The notes: generated from the sequence alone by a model not told the origin. 64,000 bases of DNA from a virus (IMGVR_UViG_3300031760_000032:15788-79787), one strand, 5' to 3'; counted from the stretch's first letter, positions 8,233-18,114 are shown. Translations and numbers: made by a program.

Positions 8233-8658
8233 TCAATAGTCAACATCGATATCACCGTCAATTAGAGAGTCAATATCATCTCCATCATCAACAAGTGCTT
8301 CTAAGTCCTCATATGGACAAAGAACATCTTCGATATCTTCAATAAGGTCATCTTCATCATCAATACCACAATCATCTAATGTATCTTGAAAAAGGTCACC
8401 TTCTCCTTCAATATCATCAGTGATTTCAGCATCAATAAATGCATTTACTTCCTCATCATCTTCAAGAAACTGAGTCTCGTCATCATAACCAGAATCGATT
8501 TCAAGGTCAGCCATCTTATCTGCTGCAGTAGTAGCTTCGGTAAGAATATCCTTCTCGGCAAGAAGCCATTCATCTACAGCATTTTCTACGACTAGGTCTC
8601 TCTGAGCATTCATAACGTCTTCAATAATCTGGTCGACTGAAGCAGTTTTAGTAAGCAT
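8233..8658 (-). CDS. Hyper-acidic protein
   Basis: More than one third D/E and only about 4 K/R in 141 aa; RBS present. Confidence 0.8.
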   Translation of the reverse strand: MLTKTASVDQIIEDVMNAQRDLVVENAVDEWLLAEKDILTEATTAADKMADLEIDSGYDDETQFLEDDEEVNAFIDAEITDDIEGEGDLFQDTLDDCGIDDEDDLIEDIEDVLCPYEDLEALVDDGDDIDSLIDGDIDVDY

Positions 8659-8675
8659 AATATAACACTCCTTTC

Positions 8676-9161
8676 TTAAGCATTAAAGATAGAATCATAT
8701 TCAGAAGTTACATTAGTTCCATCATCTGTAGTAAAGTGTACATCATTTTCATCTGCATCACCATCTACATTAGGAACTGAGATATATAACTGAAAATCTT
8801 CAGGAGTAATCTCATCAAAGTTTACATCTTCGCAATAGTCAGGGTCCATATTATTAAGATGCTCATCATCTGCTTTTAGACCAAGCTGTTTCTTAAGAAC
8901 TTCACCATATGAATCATCAGCAATATCTTCTACAGTATCAATTCTTTCAAGTACCTTATCTATAATATAATTAAAAGGTAACTCACCTTCATCTCTATCA
9001 GCTTCAAAGATATTATTCTCATCATCCATAACTCTAAGACATAAATCATCAATGAAGTTATCTACACATGTAAAGATAGAATCAGATAATTCGTCATCTG
9101 CTACTACCATATCACATACAAAATCAGTCATAAGACTATCAAGTGTAACAGGCTGAGACAT
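8676..9161 (-). CDS. Acidic hypothetical protein
   Basis: AAAGGAGG RBS; class B motif at 9184-9195. Confidence 0.75.
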   Translation of the reverse strand: MSQPVTLDSLMTDFVCDMVVADDELSDSIFTCVDNFIDDLCLRVMDDENNIFEADRDEGELPFNYIIDKVLERIDTVEDIADDSYGEVLKKQLGLKADDEHLNNMDPDYCEDVNFDEITPEDFQLYISVPNVDGDADENDVHFTTDDGTNVTSEYDSIFNA

Positions 9162-9183
9162 ATAAAGTCCTCCTTTCCTAGAT

Positions 9184-9195
9184 TATTGGTATGTT
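9184..9195 (-). promoter_or_regulatory. Class B promoter
   Basis: AACA-taccaa-TA. Confidence 0.5.
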
Positions 9196-10387
9196 AAGAC
9201 ATGAGCTTTTTAATGCTATACTCAAGTACAAATATTAACATAGGTATTGTGTAGAATAAATCAACTGTAGGTTTAAAATCAATAGCTTCTAATAATGGTA
9301 TAATAGAAGAATCAAGTTTAACATCGTTGAAATAGTCTATGATAATATTATAGTATGCTTTTGGGTCATTCGGTAATAGCTTTTCTTTAAATTTAACGCT
9401 ACTAATCAATTGTGCATCTACTGGATTAAACAATGATAGACCAAAATCTTTATGTTTAATAATGTAGTAATCATCTGCTACAGTAGAGAATAACGAATAC
9501 TGGTCTTGTATAAGCTCAGCATTACAATTTTGATTAGTAAACTTCTCTACAGTTTTAGTCTCTAAAGCTCTAAATAGACTCTGATTATAATCAATAGAGA
9601 AAGTTCTTGGAACTGGTACTTCATGATTAACATAGATATACTCAGTAGAGCCAGATAAGATATCATTTCTAGATAAGAATTCAATCATGTAAGGGTCATA
9701 GAGATTACCATAAGGACCAGTATAAGTAAATGTCTGTACAGAGTCATTATAGAATAGAGAGATATAATAATCCTTCATTTGTATAAGCAGACTATCTAAT
9801 GTATCAATACAATCATAGATAGTTTCTTTTACTATAGCATTATAACTTGTACCGACATTATTGATAATCATTCTATAAGTTTCAGTAACCTGGTTATCAA
9901 TATAAGATTCACCTGTTTGGTCAATTTGTGCATCAAACTTATAGACGTTATTGTTATTATCTATAGTGTCATACGATACTGAATTGACTCTATAGATAAA
10001 TTCTTTACCAGCCTGTTTAAGAGTAAAATGGTCGCCTTGATAAGGAATCCATGTATTAGGAAGCACAATACCACTAATAGATGGAGGTGCAGTAGATAAA
10101 CCATCTTCATCATACTCTAAGTCAATTTCAATTCGAATACCTTGAGCATAAAAGACTGCATCTTTAATGAGTTTATAACGAATTGGACTATTCTTACCAA
10201 TTGCTACATATTCTGCTCCAGTACCTTCATCTAGTGTAGTAGCATCTTTATCAATATTACGCCAATCACAAATAACAGGAGACATATTATTGAATACATA
10301 GTTAGCAGTTTTTACTTTCTGTATCGTACCAGAAGTAAGAGCGTCAATAGCCCTAGCATATGACTTATTAATAAACTTGCCACTCAT
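9194..10387 (-). CDS. Probable virion structural protein
   Basis: 397 aa ORF with RBS and class B promoter; function inferred from context only. Confidence 0.55.
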   Translation of the reverse strand: MSGKFINKSYARAIDALTSGTIQKVKTANYVFNNMSPVICDWRNIDKDATTLDEGTGAEYVAIGKNSPIRYKLIKDAVFYAQGIRIEIDLEYDEDGLSTAPPSISGIVLPNTWIPYQGDHFTLKQAGKEFIYRVNSVSYDTIDNNNNVYKFDAQIDQTGESYIDNQVTETYRMIINNVGTSYNAIVKETIYDCIDTLDSLLIQMKDYYISLFYNDSVQTFTYTGPYGNLYDPYMIEFLSRNDILSGSTEYIYVNHEVPVPRTFSIDYNQSLFRALETKTVEKFTNQNCNAELIQDQYSLFSTVADDYYIIKHKDFGLSLFNPVDAQLISSVKFKEKLLPNDPKAYYNIIIDYFNDVKLDSSIIPLLEAIDFKPTVDLFYTIPMLIFVLEYSIKKLMS

Positions 10388-10413
10388 TTATATACCTCCT
10401 TGTATGGTTATAT

Positions 10414-10425
10414 TATTGAAATGTT
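10414..10425 (-). promoter_or_regulatory. Class B promoter
   Basis: AACA-tttcaa-TA. Confidence 0.55.
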
Positions 10426-10438
10426 CAACAAACAAAAA

Positions 10439-10470
10439 ATAAGGGGTGAAGTAAATCACCCCTTATATTT
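10439..10470 (-). terminator. Terminator after the primase gene
   Basis: ataaggggtga/tcaccccttat stem; the A run on + at 10430-10439 gives a U tail on -. Confidence 0.75.
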
Positions 10471-11494
10471 TATAACAGAAGTCGTCCATTCTCCATTCTG
10501 GTACACCGAAGTCTTTCTCATTTCTGTACTTGTTTCTATGCAAGAAGAACTGATATCCGAATACAGAGTAGTTCATAACTATATTAGTTATCATCTTGTC
10601 ATCTACATCTGCATCTGGGAAGAAGTGTACTTCTAAACTAAATGGCATTGCAGTATGAATAAACCAATATAAAGCTTTCTCATACGCTTTACCACGTCCA
10701 GCAATATATACACAATTATCTTCAGACTTTATTAGATTGTATTTTATACCCAATACATCAAACGGTCCTTCTGCAATATATAACTTTATATGTCTACCTA
10801 AGTCTACATTACATGGAAGTATATAGAAGTCATTATCAGGTGTATTCTTAAACACTTTATAATTAATATACTTCTGCTGTAATGATTCTTCTAGTTTACT
10901 TTCTGCATAACTACCAGATATGATATTTCTCATATTCAAACTAGCATTACTTCTAGAAAGAAATCCTATAAAGTAGTAGTTAAGTTGTTGTACAGTATTA
11001 GGATGTCTTGTAAGATAGTTAATACCATTGCGAGATAATAAGTCTGATATATTGAGTATAATCTTATTTCTTATACAATCTTCATATGTGAATCTTAAGC
11101 CAAGTCTATCATTTACATACTTAAGTTTATATTCAGATAACTCATTCACGGTTACATTATCCCATAATAGATTATAGAATGAATTGTTTCCAGAGAATCC
11201 CATTTTAAAGTCTGAGCCTTTATTAGAATTCAATATCTCTGGGTCAAGTTGTTTTGATATTCCAATATCATCTAAAAAGTCTTGATTCAGATAACCATGA
11301 GATTTACATATGAAACAGTTATAAGTTATTGGTTTATTAGGGTCATTAAATGGTCCTATATATAGCTTTGGTCTTTGTTCACCACAAAATGGACAAGGAC
11401 AAGCTATTTCATTACCACCTGAAACAATTGATGGTCTATCAAGTACTTGTAGAAGATATTGTTTTATCGCTTCCTTCTGTATCATTATCATCAA
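10463..11494 (-). CDS. DNA primase (zinc finger plus Toprim)
   Basis: CPCPFCG...YNCFICK zinc-binding domain; YIAEGPFD and FFPDAD Toprim motifs. Confidence 0.85.
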   Translation of the reverse strand: MMIMIQKEAIKQYLLQVLDRPSIVSGGNEIACPCPFCGEQRPKLYIGPFNDPNKPITYNCFICKSHGYLNQDFLDDIGISKQLDPEILNSNKGSDFKMGFSGNNSFYNLLWDNVTVNELSEYKLKYVNDRLGLRFTYEDCIRNKIILNISDLLSRNGINYLTRHPNTVQQLNYYFIGFLSRSNASLNMRNIISGSYAESKLEESLQQKYINYKVFKNTPDNDFYILPCNVDLGRHIKLYIAEGPFDVLGIKYNLIKSEDNCVYIAGRGKAYEKALYWFIHTAMPFSLEVHFFPDADVDDKMITNIVMNYSVFGYQFFLHRNKYRNEKDFGVPEWRMDDFCYKI

Positions 11495-11726
11495 CTACTT
11501 TCTTATCTATATTAATCTCATACCCTAATGCTTCAGCATAACGTATAAGACTTCTAAGAGTATAAGAGTTTTCTCCACTCTCTATATTACTTATTGTAGC
11601 TGTTGATAGTCCACTCATTTCTGATAATTGTTTCTGAGTAAGACCATGAGACTTACGAATATTCGTAAGTCTCATTCTAATGAATTGGTCTTGAATATAC
11701 ACATCTATATTATTCACATATACCAA
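11439..11726 (-). CDS. XRE-family helix-turn-helix regulator
   Basis: LTNIRKSHGLTQKQLSEMSGLSTATISNIESG. Confidence 0.9.
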   Translation of the reverse strand: MVYVNNIDVYIQDQFIRMRLTNIRKSHGLTQKQLSEMSGLSTATISNIESGENSYTLRSLIRYAEALGYEINIDKKVVDDNDTEGSDKTISSTST

Positions 11727-12366
11727 TCCTCACTTTCAATTCAAGCTCTATAAGTTTATCTACATCTACGTTAGCACATTCGTTGGCATCTGATTCTGGA
11801 GAAAGACTATAATATTTTTTACAAGTCTCTCTATAGAATACATCATCATCGTCATTTTCATGTTCATTATAAAATGTCCAATACTCTTGATTAAACATTT
11901 CATTTTCTAAATATAACCACACGTTTAAATCCTCTGTACCTCCTCTATCCTCTATTTCTTTCTCTATATGAAGAACATGTCCTATTTCATGTCTAAGACA
12001 GATTTCGATATATTCCTTTATGATAGAGGTGTCCTGGTTATGATATAGCAGTTCTATAATATGCTGTTTAGAAATGATTGTTCTGTATGATAATTTACCA
12101 TCATCTCTTTCATCGTATTTTGTAAGAGCAAATGCATCATCATATAATTTATTATCATTATAAATTTCAGCATACAGACTATCAACGCAGTCACATTTAT
12201 CTTTATATCTTATTTCATATTCCTGTTCAAGGTATTCGTTATATGTTTCAGGGATAGAAAATTTCCATCTTGATTTATCTATATTATATTCACTAGAGAG
12301 TTTATTAGCCATCTCTTTAGCGAATAAAACGATTTCATAATATCTTCTAGCAGTCTGTCTAAGCAT
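11710..12366 (-). CDS. HEXXH zinc metalloprotease-like protein
   Basis: CLRHEIGHVLH plus a distal E motif (ESDANE); start at 12366 after AAAGGAG. Confidence 0.65.
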   Translation of the reverse strand: MLRQTARRYYEIVLFAKEMANKLSSEYNIDKSRWKFSIPETYNEYLEQEYEIRYKDKCDCVDSLYAEIYNDNKLYDDAFALTKYDERDDGKLSYRTIISKQHIIELLYHNQDTSIIKEYIEICLRHEIGHVLHIEKEIEDRGGTEDLNVWLYLENEMFNQEYWTFYNEHENDDDDVFYRETCKKYYSLSPESDANECANVDVDKLIELELKVRIGICE

Positions 12367-12367
12367 A

Positions 12368-13033
12368 TTACTCACTCTCCTTTTCAAGTCTGATTTCCCA
12401 CTCTACTGTATCAGCAATATTTATGCCTACAGCTTCATTAGCCTTCTTTTCCATAGGAAGATTATGATAATAGGTATAATATTCTCTCATACCATCTTCA
12501 TCAAGAGTATCGAAATCATGTTCTTTGATATATTCTTCCCATAATTTCTCTTGTTCTTTTACATCATTATTAAAGATTTCACCAGCTTCTTTTACTTTGT
12601 GTTCTTTAAAAATTTTAATATTAGCCACAACATGTCCGACTTCATGTCTAAGACAATGTTTGAGATAATCAATCAATATATCTTCTGGACAATCTACATG
12701 ATAATACAGAAATTTGCAAAGTGTTTCTTCTGGTATAATGATAGCTTGTACAGGAGCTCCATCTGTTAGTACACATAATAATTTATTATACATAAGTGTA
12801 CCGTCAAAACGCTCATCGTCTAAATAAGCTTTATACAATTCTTCCTTTGTTACTGTGCTAAACTTCCAGAGTTTTTCATAGTTAACCATGAACTCAAGTT
12901 TAGAATTTGCTACGACGAAAAACAGATTAGATTTACTAATTGGTTCAATCAATCCAAATTCCTCACTAAGTTTATCGAATTCATTATAAAGCATAGCTTT
13001 AATTTTTGTTAAGAAACTATATCTCTTATTCAT
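12368..13033 (-). CDS. HEXXH zinc metalloprotease-like protein, paralog of 11710-12366
   Basis: CLRHEVGHVVA plus EKKANE; start at 13033 after GAGGAGG. Confidence 0.65.
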   Translation of the reverse strand: MNKRYSFLTKIKAMLYNEFDKLSEEFGLIEPISKSNLFFVVANSKLEFMVNYEKLWKFSTVTKEELYKAYLDDERFDGTLMYNKLLCVLTDGAPVQAIIIPEETLCKFLYYHVDCPEDILIDYLKHCLRHEVGHVVANIKIFKEHKVKEAGEIFNNDVKEQEKLWEEYIKEHDFDTLDEDGMREYYTYYHNLPMEKKANEAVGINIADTVEWEIRLEKESE

Positions 13034-14051
13034 TACAATCATCCTCCTCATCATTTCTAAAGAATGGTATATTTGGTCTATTTGGAACACTTAACATAGT
13101 GATTCTGTGTGATGAAAAGTAAGAAGAATTTCTATCTTCCCACTTATCATAACATGCAGATACAAAATTGTCCACCTCATCAAGGTCAGAGATATCAAAT
13201 ATACATACAGCAATCTGTTCTCCTTTAGATGTGATACCTACGAGGAATACAATATTGTTAGAATGTAATGCTTTAGCTACAGCTTTCTTAAGAGCATCTA
13301 TATCTCCCTGCACAATATATTGATACTTCTTTTCTGGTGGAATCATTGCTTGTGGTGGAAATTCCTCTTCAAGTAAATCAAGAGCTTTATCAATAAAGTC
13401 ATCTCTATCTTCGCTAGAAAACAGATAATGCTTTACTACATCATCAAATTTCTCGTAGAAACCTGATTCCTGTATTATATCTTTAAAGCCTTCTTCAGCA
13501 CTCTCTACTTTTTCAATAGATTCTTCTGCTGCTTTAGTAATTGCTTCTACAAGTTCTATTTTTTGAGATTTTAATTTTTCTTTCTCTTGGAATTTATCTA
13601 TATCGTGCTTGATATTACCTATAGTAGTAAGCATATGCTTATAATGAGAAATTTCTGCATATTTCTTAATCTTATCTCTGAGTTTATCAACAGATGCCTT
13701 GACTTCTTCATTTAATGCTTTGAATTCCTCATCTTCAATCTTTTCAGCCATCATATCAAGACCTTCTGTTATAATCTCGAAGAGTGCTACATCTCCAAAA
13801 TTAAATTCTGTTGTTCCATAATGACAACGAACAATATCGACTACATCATCATAATCAACATACTCTGTTAAAAGACTTTCAGGACATTCAAAGATATCTC
13901 CGTTATTAACAGAGAGTACCACCCAGTAATTCTTCTTTTTAGCCTTTTTAATTGTAGTTACTACACTTGTACTTGCTGCCATGTTGCTCTCATTAAGAGC
14001 ATCAAAGATGTAAGTAACTCCAGCATAAATCGGTTTTCTCTTTTCAAACAT
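13026..14051 (-). CDS. Hypothetical protein
   Basis: Long ORF; GGAGG RBS before ATG 14051. Confidence 0.75.
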   Translation of the reverse strand: MFEKRKPIYAGVTYIFDALNESNMAASTSVVTTIKKAKKKNYWVVLSVNNGDIFECPESLLTEYVDYDDVVDIVRCHYGTTEFNFGDVALFEIITEGLDMMAEKIEDEEFKALNEEVKASVDKLRDKIKKYAEISHYKHMLTTIGNIKHDIDKFQEKEKLKSQKIELVEAITKAAEESIEKVESAEEGFKDIIQESGFYEKFDDVVKHYLFSSEDRDDFIDKALDLLEEEFPPQAMIPPEKKYQYIVQGDIDALKKAVAKALHSNNIVFLVGITSKGEQIAVCIFDISDLDEVDNFVSACYDKWEDRNSSYFSSHRITMLSVPNRPNIPFFRNDEEDDCNE

Positions 14052-14078
14052 AATTAAGACCTCCAAAAATTTTATTAT

Positions 14079-14112
14079 AGACAGAGAGGAGTTAAGTCTC
14101 CTCTCTGTCTTT
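14079..14112 (-). terminator. Terminator hairpin
   Basis: agacagagagga/tcctctctgtct stem. Confidence 0.75.
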
Positions 14113-14115
14113 AAA

Positions 14116-15696
14116 TCATACTTGAATAATAAATCTTAAGACTTCATCGATAAGAATATCTGATTCCATCTTAATATCCATACCATCAATATCCTTGTTA
14201 TAATAATCTATAACTTGGAATTTGCTACTAAGCATTGTTGCTACCAATGCTAGTATCTGTCTAATCTTCTTTTCGTCACCATTATACTTTTTCATGATTT
14301 CGTTATAGTATTCAGACTGTTCAAGTTTGATAAGCTCTTTCTTACAGAGAGTTGTTCTTTGAGAAATCTGAATAACATTACTTGCAAAAATATAAGGTAA
14401 CAGACGCATACCACTATTAAGCATATGACGTTTACCTGCGATTATAAGCGTAATATATTGGTCTGCATTAATAGAATTGATGCTTACTGTATCACCAAAA
14501 TACTTGTAAAACATGTTATTCACAAGATTCTGTTGGAATCTATTGATAACAGGTCTTCCATGTTTGGTGAGTTCTCTCTTATAATAATCAATCTCTGCTT
14601 GTTCAAATGGTCCAAACTTTGCAACGATTGATTCCATAATCTTCTCACATCTGAAGTCATTCTGAATAAGAAGAGATTCATCTGTCTTAATAAGATGAGC
14701 CTCGAACTTATCAATCTGAGAAGTATTATCTTCTCCATCTCTTTTACTACTACTGAGAGATGAATAGTCGTATTCATAACTGATATCAGAAATATTATAC
14801 TTGATATTATTACGAACACTTGATATGTTATAACTCACTATATTACCATTATAGGTATACTTAGGCATTACTTGCATAATAGTAGTATTGATAGCATCAT
14901 TCGAATTAATGGTAGGTGAGTATCCTCTAATCTCACTAATAGTCCAAAGAATCTTATTTGTCTTATAGTGAGATTGCATTGTTGTGCTTGCAGTTTCATA
15001 AAGCTTTGCATACATATCTGCAGGCTTTAATCCTCTAGCAGCCATTTTATCGAAGTCTACATATACTTCGAATAACCAATTGTATACAGTAAAGATAATC
15101 TCATGAATCTTCTCTGTAGAAGTGATTCGATTTCTGTATACAAAATGCATAATCAGTGGGATAAGCATATTCATAAAGAGACTCATCTCCATAAAATACT
15201 TACCGTGATTATTATTATACTGAAGTCCCTCATTACTTTTATTCTTGTAATTCAGGTCAAGCTGGTAATTTGTACTTACCATATTCCATGCTTTATTATA
15301 CATAGAATCTGACAGGATATATGTTTTAATATCGCTTAAGAAATCTTGAAGAGTATAAGCTCTAATAAGATTCCCATTATTATCAATAAATCCTGTGTCC
15401 ATAAGCTGCTTCATTCTAAACATATAGAACAGCAGCTCATGTTCTGAATCGAAATACTTTTCAAAGTAATTCATATACTGACAGATGTGAGCTCTAACTT
15501 CATCAGAGTTATAACATCTTTTCGGGGTCAGCATAAAGCTGTCCAGTACTTTGCTTTCTTCAATACCGAAGAAGCGAGATACTGGTAAGATAATTGCATT
15601 CTTACATTCTCTAAAAATTCTTTCCTCCTCTCTCGGATACCATTCATCTACTCTAGGTAGAAATGATGGTGACATTAATATTTCGTAAAGTTCCAT
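14116..15696 (-). CDS. Candidate sigma-like promoter-specificity subunit of the non-virion RNAP (AR9 gp226 / phiKZ gp68 type)
   Basis: 526 aa, helical; size, early-type promoter and recalled resemblance to this jumbo-phage family; not verified by search. Confidence 0.45.
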   Translation of the reverse strand: MELYEILMSPSFLPRVDEWYPREEERIFRECKNAIILPVSRFFGIEESKVLDSFMLTPKRCYNSDEVRAHICQYMNYFEKYFDSEHELLFYMFRMKQLMDTGFIDNNGNLIRAYTLQDFLSDIKTYILSDSMYNKAWNMVSTNYQLDLNYKNKSNEGLQYNNNHGKYFMEMSLFMNMLIPLIMHFVYRNRITSTEKIHEIIFTVYNWLFEVYVDFDKMAARGLKPADMYAKLYETASTTMQSHYKTNKILWTISEIRGYSPTINSNDAINTTIMQVMPKYTYNGNIVSYNISSVRNNIKYNISDISYEYDYSSLSSSKRDGEDNTSQIDKFEAHLIKTDESLLIQNDFRCEKIMESIVAKFGPFEQAEIDYYKRELTKHGRPVINRFQQNLVNNMFYKYFGDTVSINSINADQYITLIIAGKRHMLNSGMRLLPYIFASNVIQISQRTTLCKKELIKLEQSEYYNEIMKKYNGDEKKIRQILALVATMLSSKFQVIDYYNKDIDGMDIKMESDILIDEVLRFIIQV

Positions 15697-15731
15697 ATAA
15701 ATACCTCCTATTCATATAGAGATTGTATTTA

Positions 15732-15746
15732 CGCAATAATAGTATA
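15732..15746 (-). promoter_or_regulatory. Class A promoter
   Basis: TATACTAT-tatt-GCG on the - strand. Confidence 0.55.
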
Positions 15747-15751
15747 CAATC

Positions 15752-16528
15752 TTATCTCTTTTTAACCTTTTTAATGGTTGAAGTAGTCTTGGTTTTACCT
15801 ACAATCTTAGTAATCTTAGGTTTAAGTGTATCTAATGGATTCTCACCAATAAGATTCTTAGATTTGATTACTTTACTTTTGGGTTCCTCTTTGATTCCTT
15901 TTTCTTTTTGCTCTTTTGTAATTTTATTACGTTCCTGGAGCTTTTTATCAAAACTTGGAATAGTACCAGCAAGTTTGACAATACCACCGCTAGAGGCAAT
16001 TCTATTGAGTGTATCTTTCTCAAACAGATTCTCTCTATTCATAACGATATAAGCAAAGTAAAGTGATTTATTATAACCCATAGCATTATCGGGATTTCGC
16101 ATTGTAGGTTTTTGTACAAGACATCTGAATGGGAGATGTTTTTCAAGGTCAGAAATTAAAACTCCATGAGTCTTAAATGTGTATGCATATGTATATACGA
16201 AATTAGTATCATTAGAAAAGAATCTAACGTTATATTTCTTAATGCTTCTATTAGCAGACGAATCACCCTCGTTCTGAGTAAATTCTACCACTACATCATT
16301 GAAAAAACCTTTAGTAGAAGATGGAATGAGAAAGTGAATATAATATAACTGTTTACCACCAGTCTTAGTCTGTCTATAAACAGTATACTTCACTTTATCA
16401 TTTCTACTTTCAAGTGACATAAGTTCTTTTTCATAAGGCTCACTATTAGAAGCCATAGAATTAACTGCACTACCTCTGCCAGAAGGATTAGCAATATAGT
16501 CGTCAAACGTATATTTTAATTTAGCCAT
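15752..16528 (-). CDS. Hypothetical protein with Lys-rich tail
   Basis: Start at 16528 (MAKLKYTFDD) after AAAGGA. Confidence 0.75.
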   Translation of the reverse strand: MAKLKYTFDDYIANPSGRGSAVNSMASNSEPYEKELMSLESRNDKVKYTVYRQTKTGGKQLYYIHFLIPSSTKGFFNDVVVEFTQNEGDSSANRSIKKYNVRFFSNDTNFVYTYAYTFKTHGVLISDLEKHLPFRCLVQKPTMRNPDNAMGYNKSLYFAYIVMNRENLFEKDTLNRIASSGGIVKLAGTIPSFDKKLQERNKITKEQKEKGIKEEPKSKVIKSKNLIGENPLDTLKPKITKIVGKTKTTSTIKKVKKR

Positions 16529-16597
16529 ATATAATGTTCCTTTCTGAGAAATATTTATAGTTAAGTTTCTACACCTGTAAAAACAAATCATTAGATA

Positions 16598-16612
16598 TAT
16601 ACTATATCTATG
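16598..16612 (+). promoter_or_regulatory. Class A promoter variant
   Basis: TATACTAT-atct-ATG followed by the atgataga/tctatcat hairpin. Confidence 0.5.
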
Positions 16613-16653
16613 ATAGACAATCTATCATAAAATTTTTTAAGGAGGTACTTATT

Positions 16654-17571
16654 ATGAGTACAAAAATTCTCGACATTATTAAAAATGCAGACCCTAAGAA
16701 GGATATAATCACCCTTGTTACACATAAGGGTAAGTTTCATTCTGATGATGTAATGGCTACTGCTATTCTTAAGATTATCTTTGAGAAGGAACTTAAATTC
16801 AAGACAAATCTTGTACGTACTTTTACTCCTAAAGAGGATGGTTATGATGATGATACTCCTAATACTGTAGTATATGATATCGGTCTTGGTCAGTATGACC
16901 ATCATCAGATAGGAGAAGATGCAAAGCATTGTATCAGACTTGACAAATATCTGGACGAATATGGTATTGAACATACAGCTATCAGAAAACATGCTGCAGT
17001 TGGTCTTATTTGGAATGAGATTGGTATACAGTGGATTGGAGAGAAATATGCCCCTGTAATCTATGATTCTATTATCCGTTCCATTGATGACCACGATAAC
17101 GGATTTGGTCATAATCCTTTATCTACACTTATCAGTAATTTTAATCCAAATATCCTTAATCCTACAGATGAGATGTTTGATGAAGCTTTCAATAAAGCTG
17201 TTTCTCTCTGTATTAGTTTCTTTATGCGTACTATTACTCATTATAGATTTATTCAGAGATGTGAAAAAACTCTTGTTGCTGAAGCGGATAAAAGTGATGG
17301 AGTGTGCCTTATAACAGATTATTATTTACCTGGAGCTGATGATATCTGTAGAGAAAGAAATATCCCATTTTATGTATATCCGAATCAGAGAGGTGGATGG
17401 TGTTTCAAAACTATCTCTGTATCCGCCGAGGATATGAATACACACCTCTGCGATATTCCTGATGATGTACGTAACTGGGAAGGTGTAACATTCCTACATC
17501 CTAGTTGCTTCCTTGGCTCAGCTGTAACTAAGGAAAGAGCAATTGAGATTTGTCATAAAATCTATTCTTGA
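16654..17571 (+). CDS. MYG1-family (UPF0160) DHH-type exonuclease
   Basis: THKGKFHSDDVMA and VYDIGLGQYDHHQ signature motifs. Confidence 0.85.
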   Translation: MSTKILDIIKNADPKKDIITLVTHKGKFHSDDVMATAILKIIFEKELKFKTNLVRTFTPKEDGYDDDTPNTVVYDIGLGQYDHHQIGEDAKHCIRLDKYLDEYGIEHTAIRKHAAVGLIWNEIGIQWIGEKYAPVIYDSIIRSIDDHDNGFGHNPLSTLISNFNPNILNPTDEMFDEAFNKAVSLCISFFMRTITHYRFIQRCEKTLVAEADKSDGVCLITDYYLPGADDICRERNIPFYVYPNQRGGWCFKTISVSAEDMNTHLCDIPDDVRNWEGVTFLHPSCFLGSAVTKERAIEICHKIYS

Positions 17572-17580
17572 TGAAAGTAA

Positions 17581-17614
17581 AACGGGTACTGTTATCAGTA
17601 CCCGTTATTTTTTT
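17581..17614 (+). terminator. Intrinsic terminator
   Basis: aacgggtactg/cagtacccgtt stem plus T run. Confidence 0.9.
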
Positions 17615-17622
17615 AATACAGA

Positions 17623-17634
17623 AACAATTTAGTA
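17623..17634 (+). promoter_or_regulatory. Class B promoter
   Basis: AACA-atttag-TA. Confidence 0.65.
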
Positions 17635-17658
17635 ATATATGAAAGGAGGTTATCTCCT

Positions 17659-18090
17659 ATGGCTACTGATGGTAAATATACAGATTACTTTGTGGATAAA
17701 ACTGAACCACTGTTATCTGTAGATAAATACTATAAACCTCTTGTTGCTAAGGATGAAAATTATGCGACATTATTACTAGTAAGATTGATTCTGTTAGAAC
17801 CTGGAACTATTCAAACACACCCAGATTGCGGTGTAGGTTTAGTTTCTAAATTCAGATATGCTACCGACGTAGATATGATTGAATTACAGAAAAGAATTAA
17901 AGACCAAATCATGTTATATTTACCTCAATACTCACTTGTCAATGTAAAGTGTGAATTGGGTGATAATAAAACTGGTGATGAGAAAGTCATCAAAATTTAT
18001 ATTACATCTGAGCAACTCAATGTCTTTTTACCAATCAATGTAGAGACAGGTGAGGTCTTAGAAACTACAAAATTAAGTGATTTTAGATAA
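17659..18090 (+). CDS. Baseplate wedge protein (T4 gp25-like)
   Basis: LVRLILLEPGTIQTHPDCGVGL motif; about 140 aa. Confidence 0.7.
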   Translation: MATDGKYTDYFVDKTEPLLSVDKYYKPLVAKDENYATLLLVRLILLEPGTIQTHPDCGVGLVSKFRYATDVDMIELQKRIKDQIMLYLPQYSLVNVKCELGDNKTGDEKVIKIYITSEQLNVFLPINVETGEVLETTKLSDFR

Positions 18091-18114
18091 GTATTGCATA
18101 AGGAGGAAATTATT

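Noticed and set aside
16591-17112. 173-aa - strand ORF overlapping MYG1, plus other antisense ORFs (e.g. 18133-19272, 23351-23824, 31610-32116, 54069-54746)
   Set aside because: They lie opposite well-supported genes, lack an RBS and have the Ile/Phe/Ser-rich composition typical of AT-rich shadow frames
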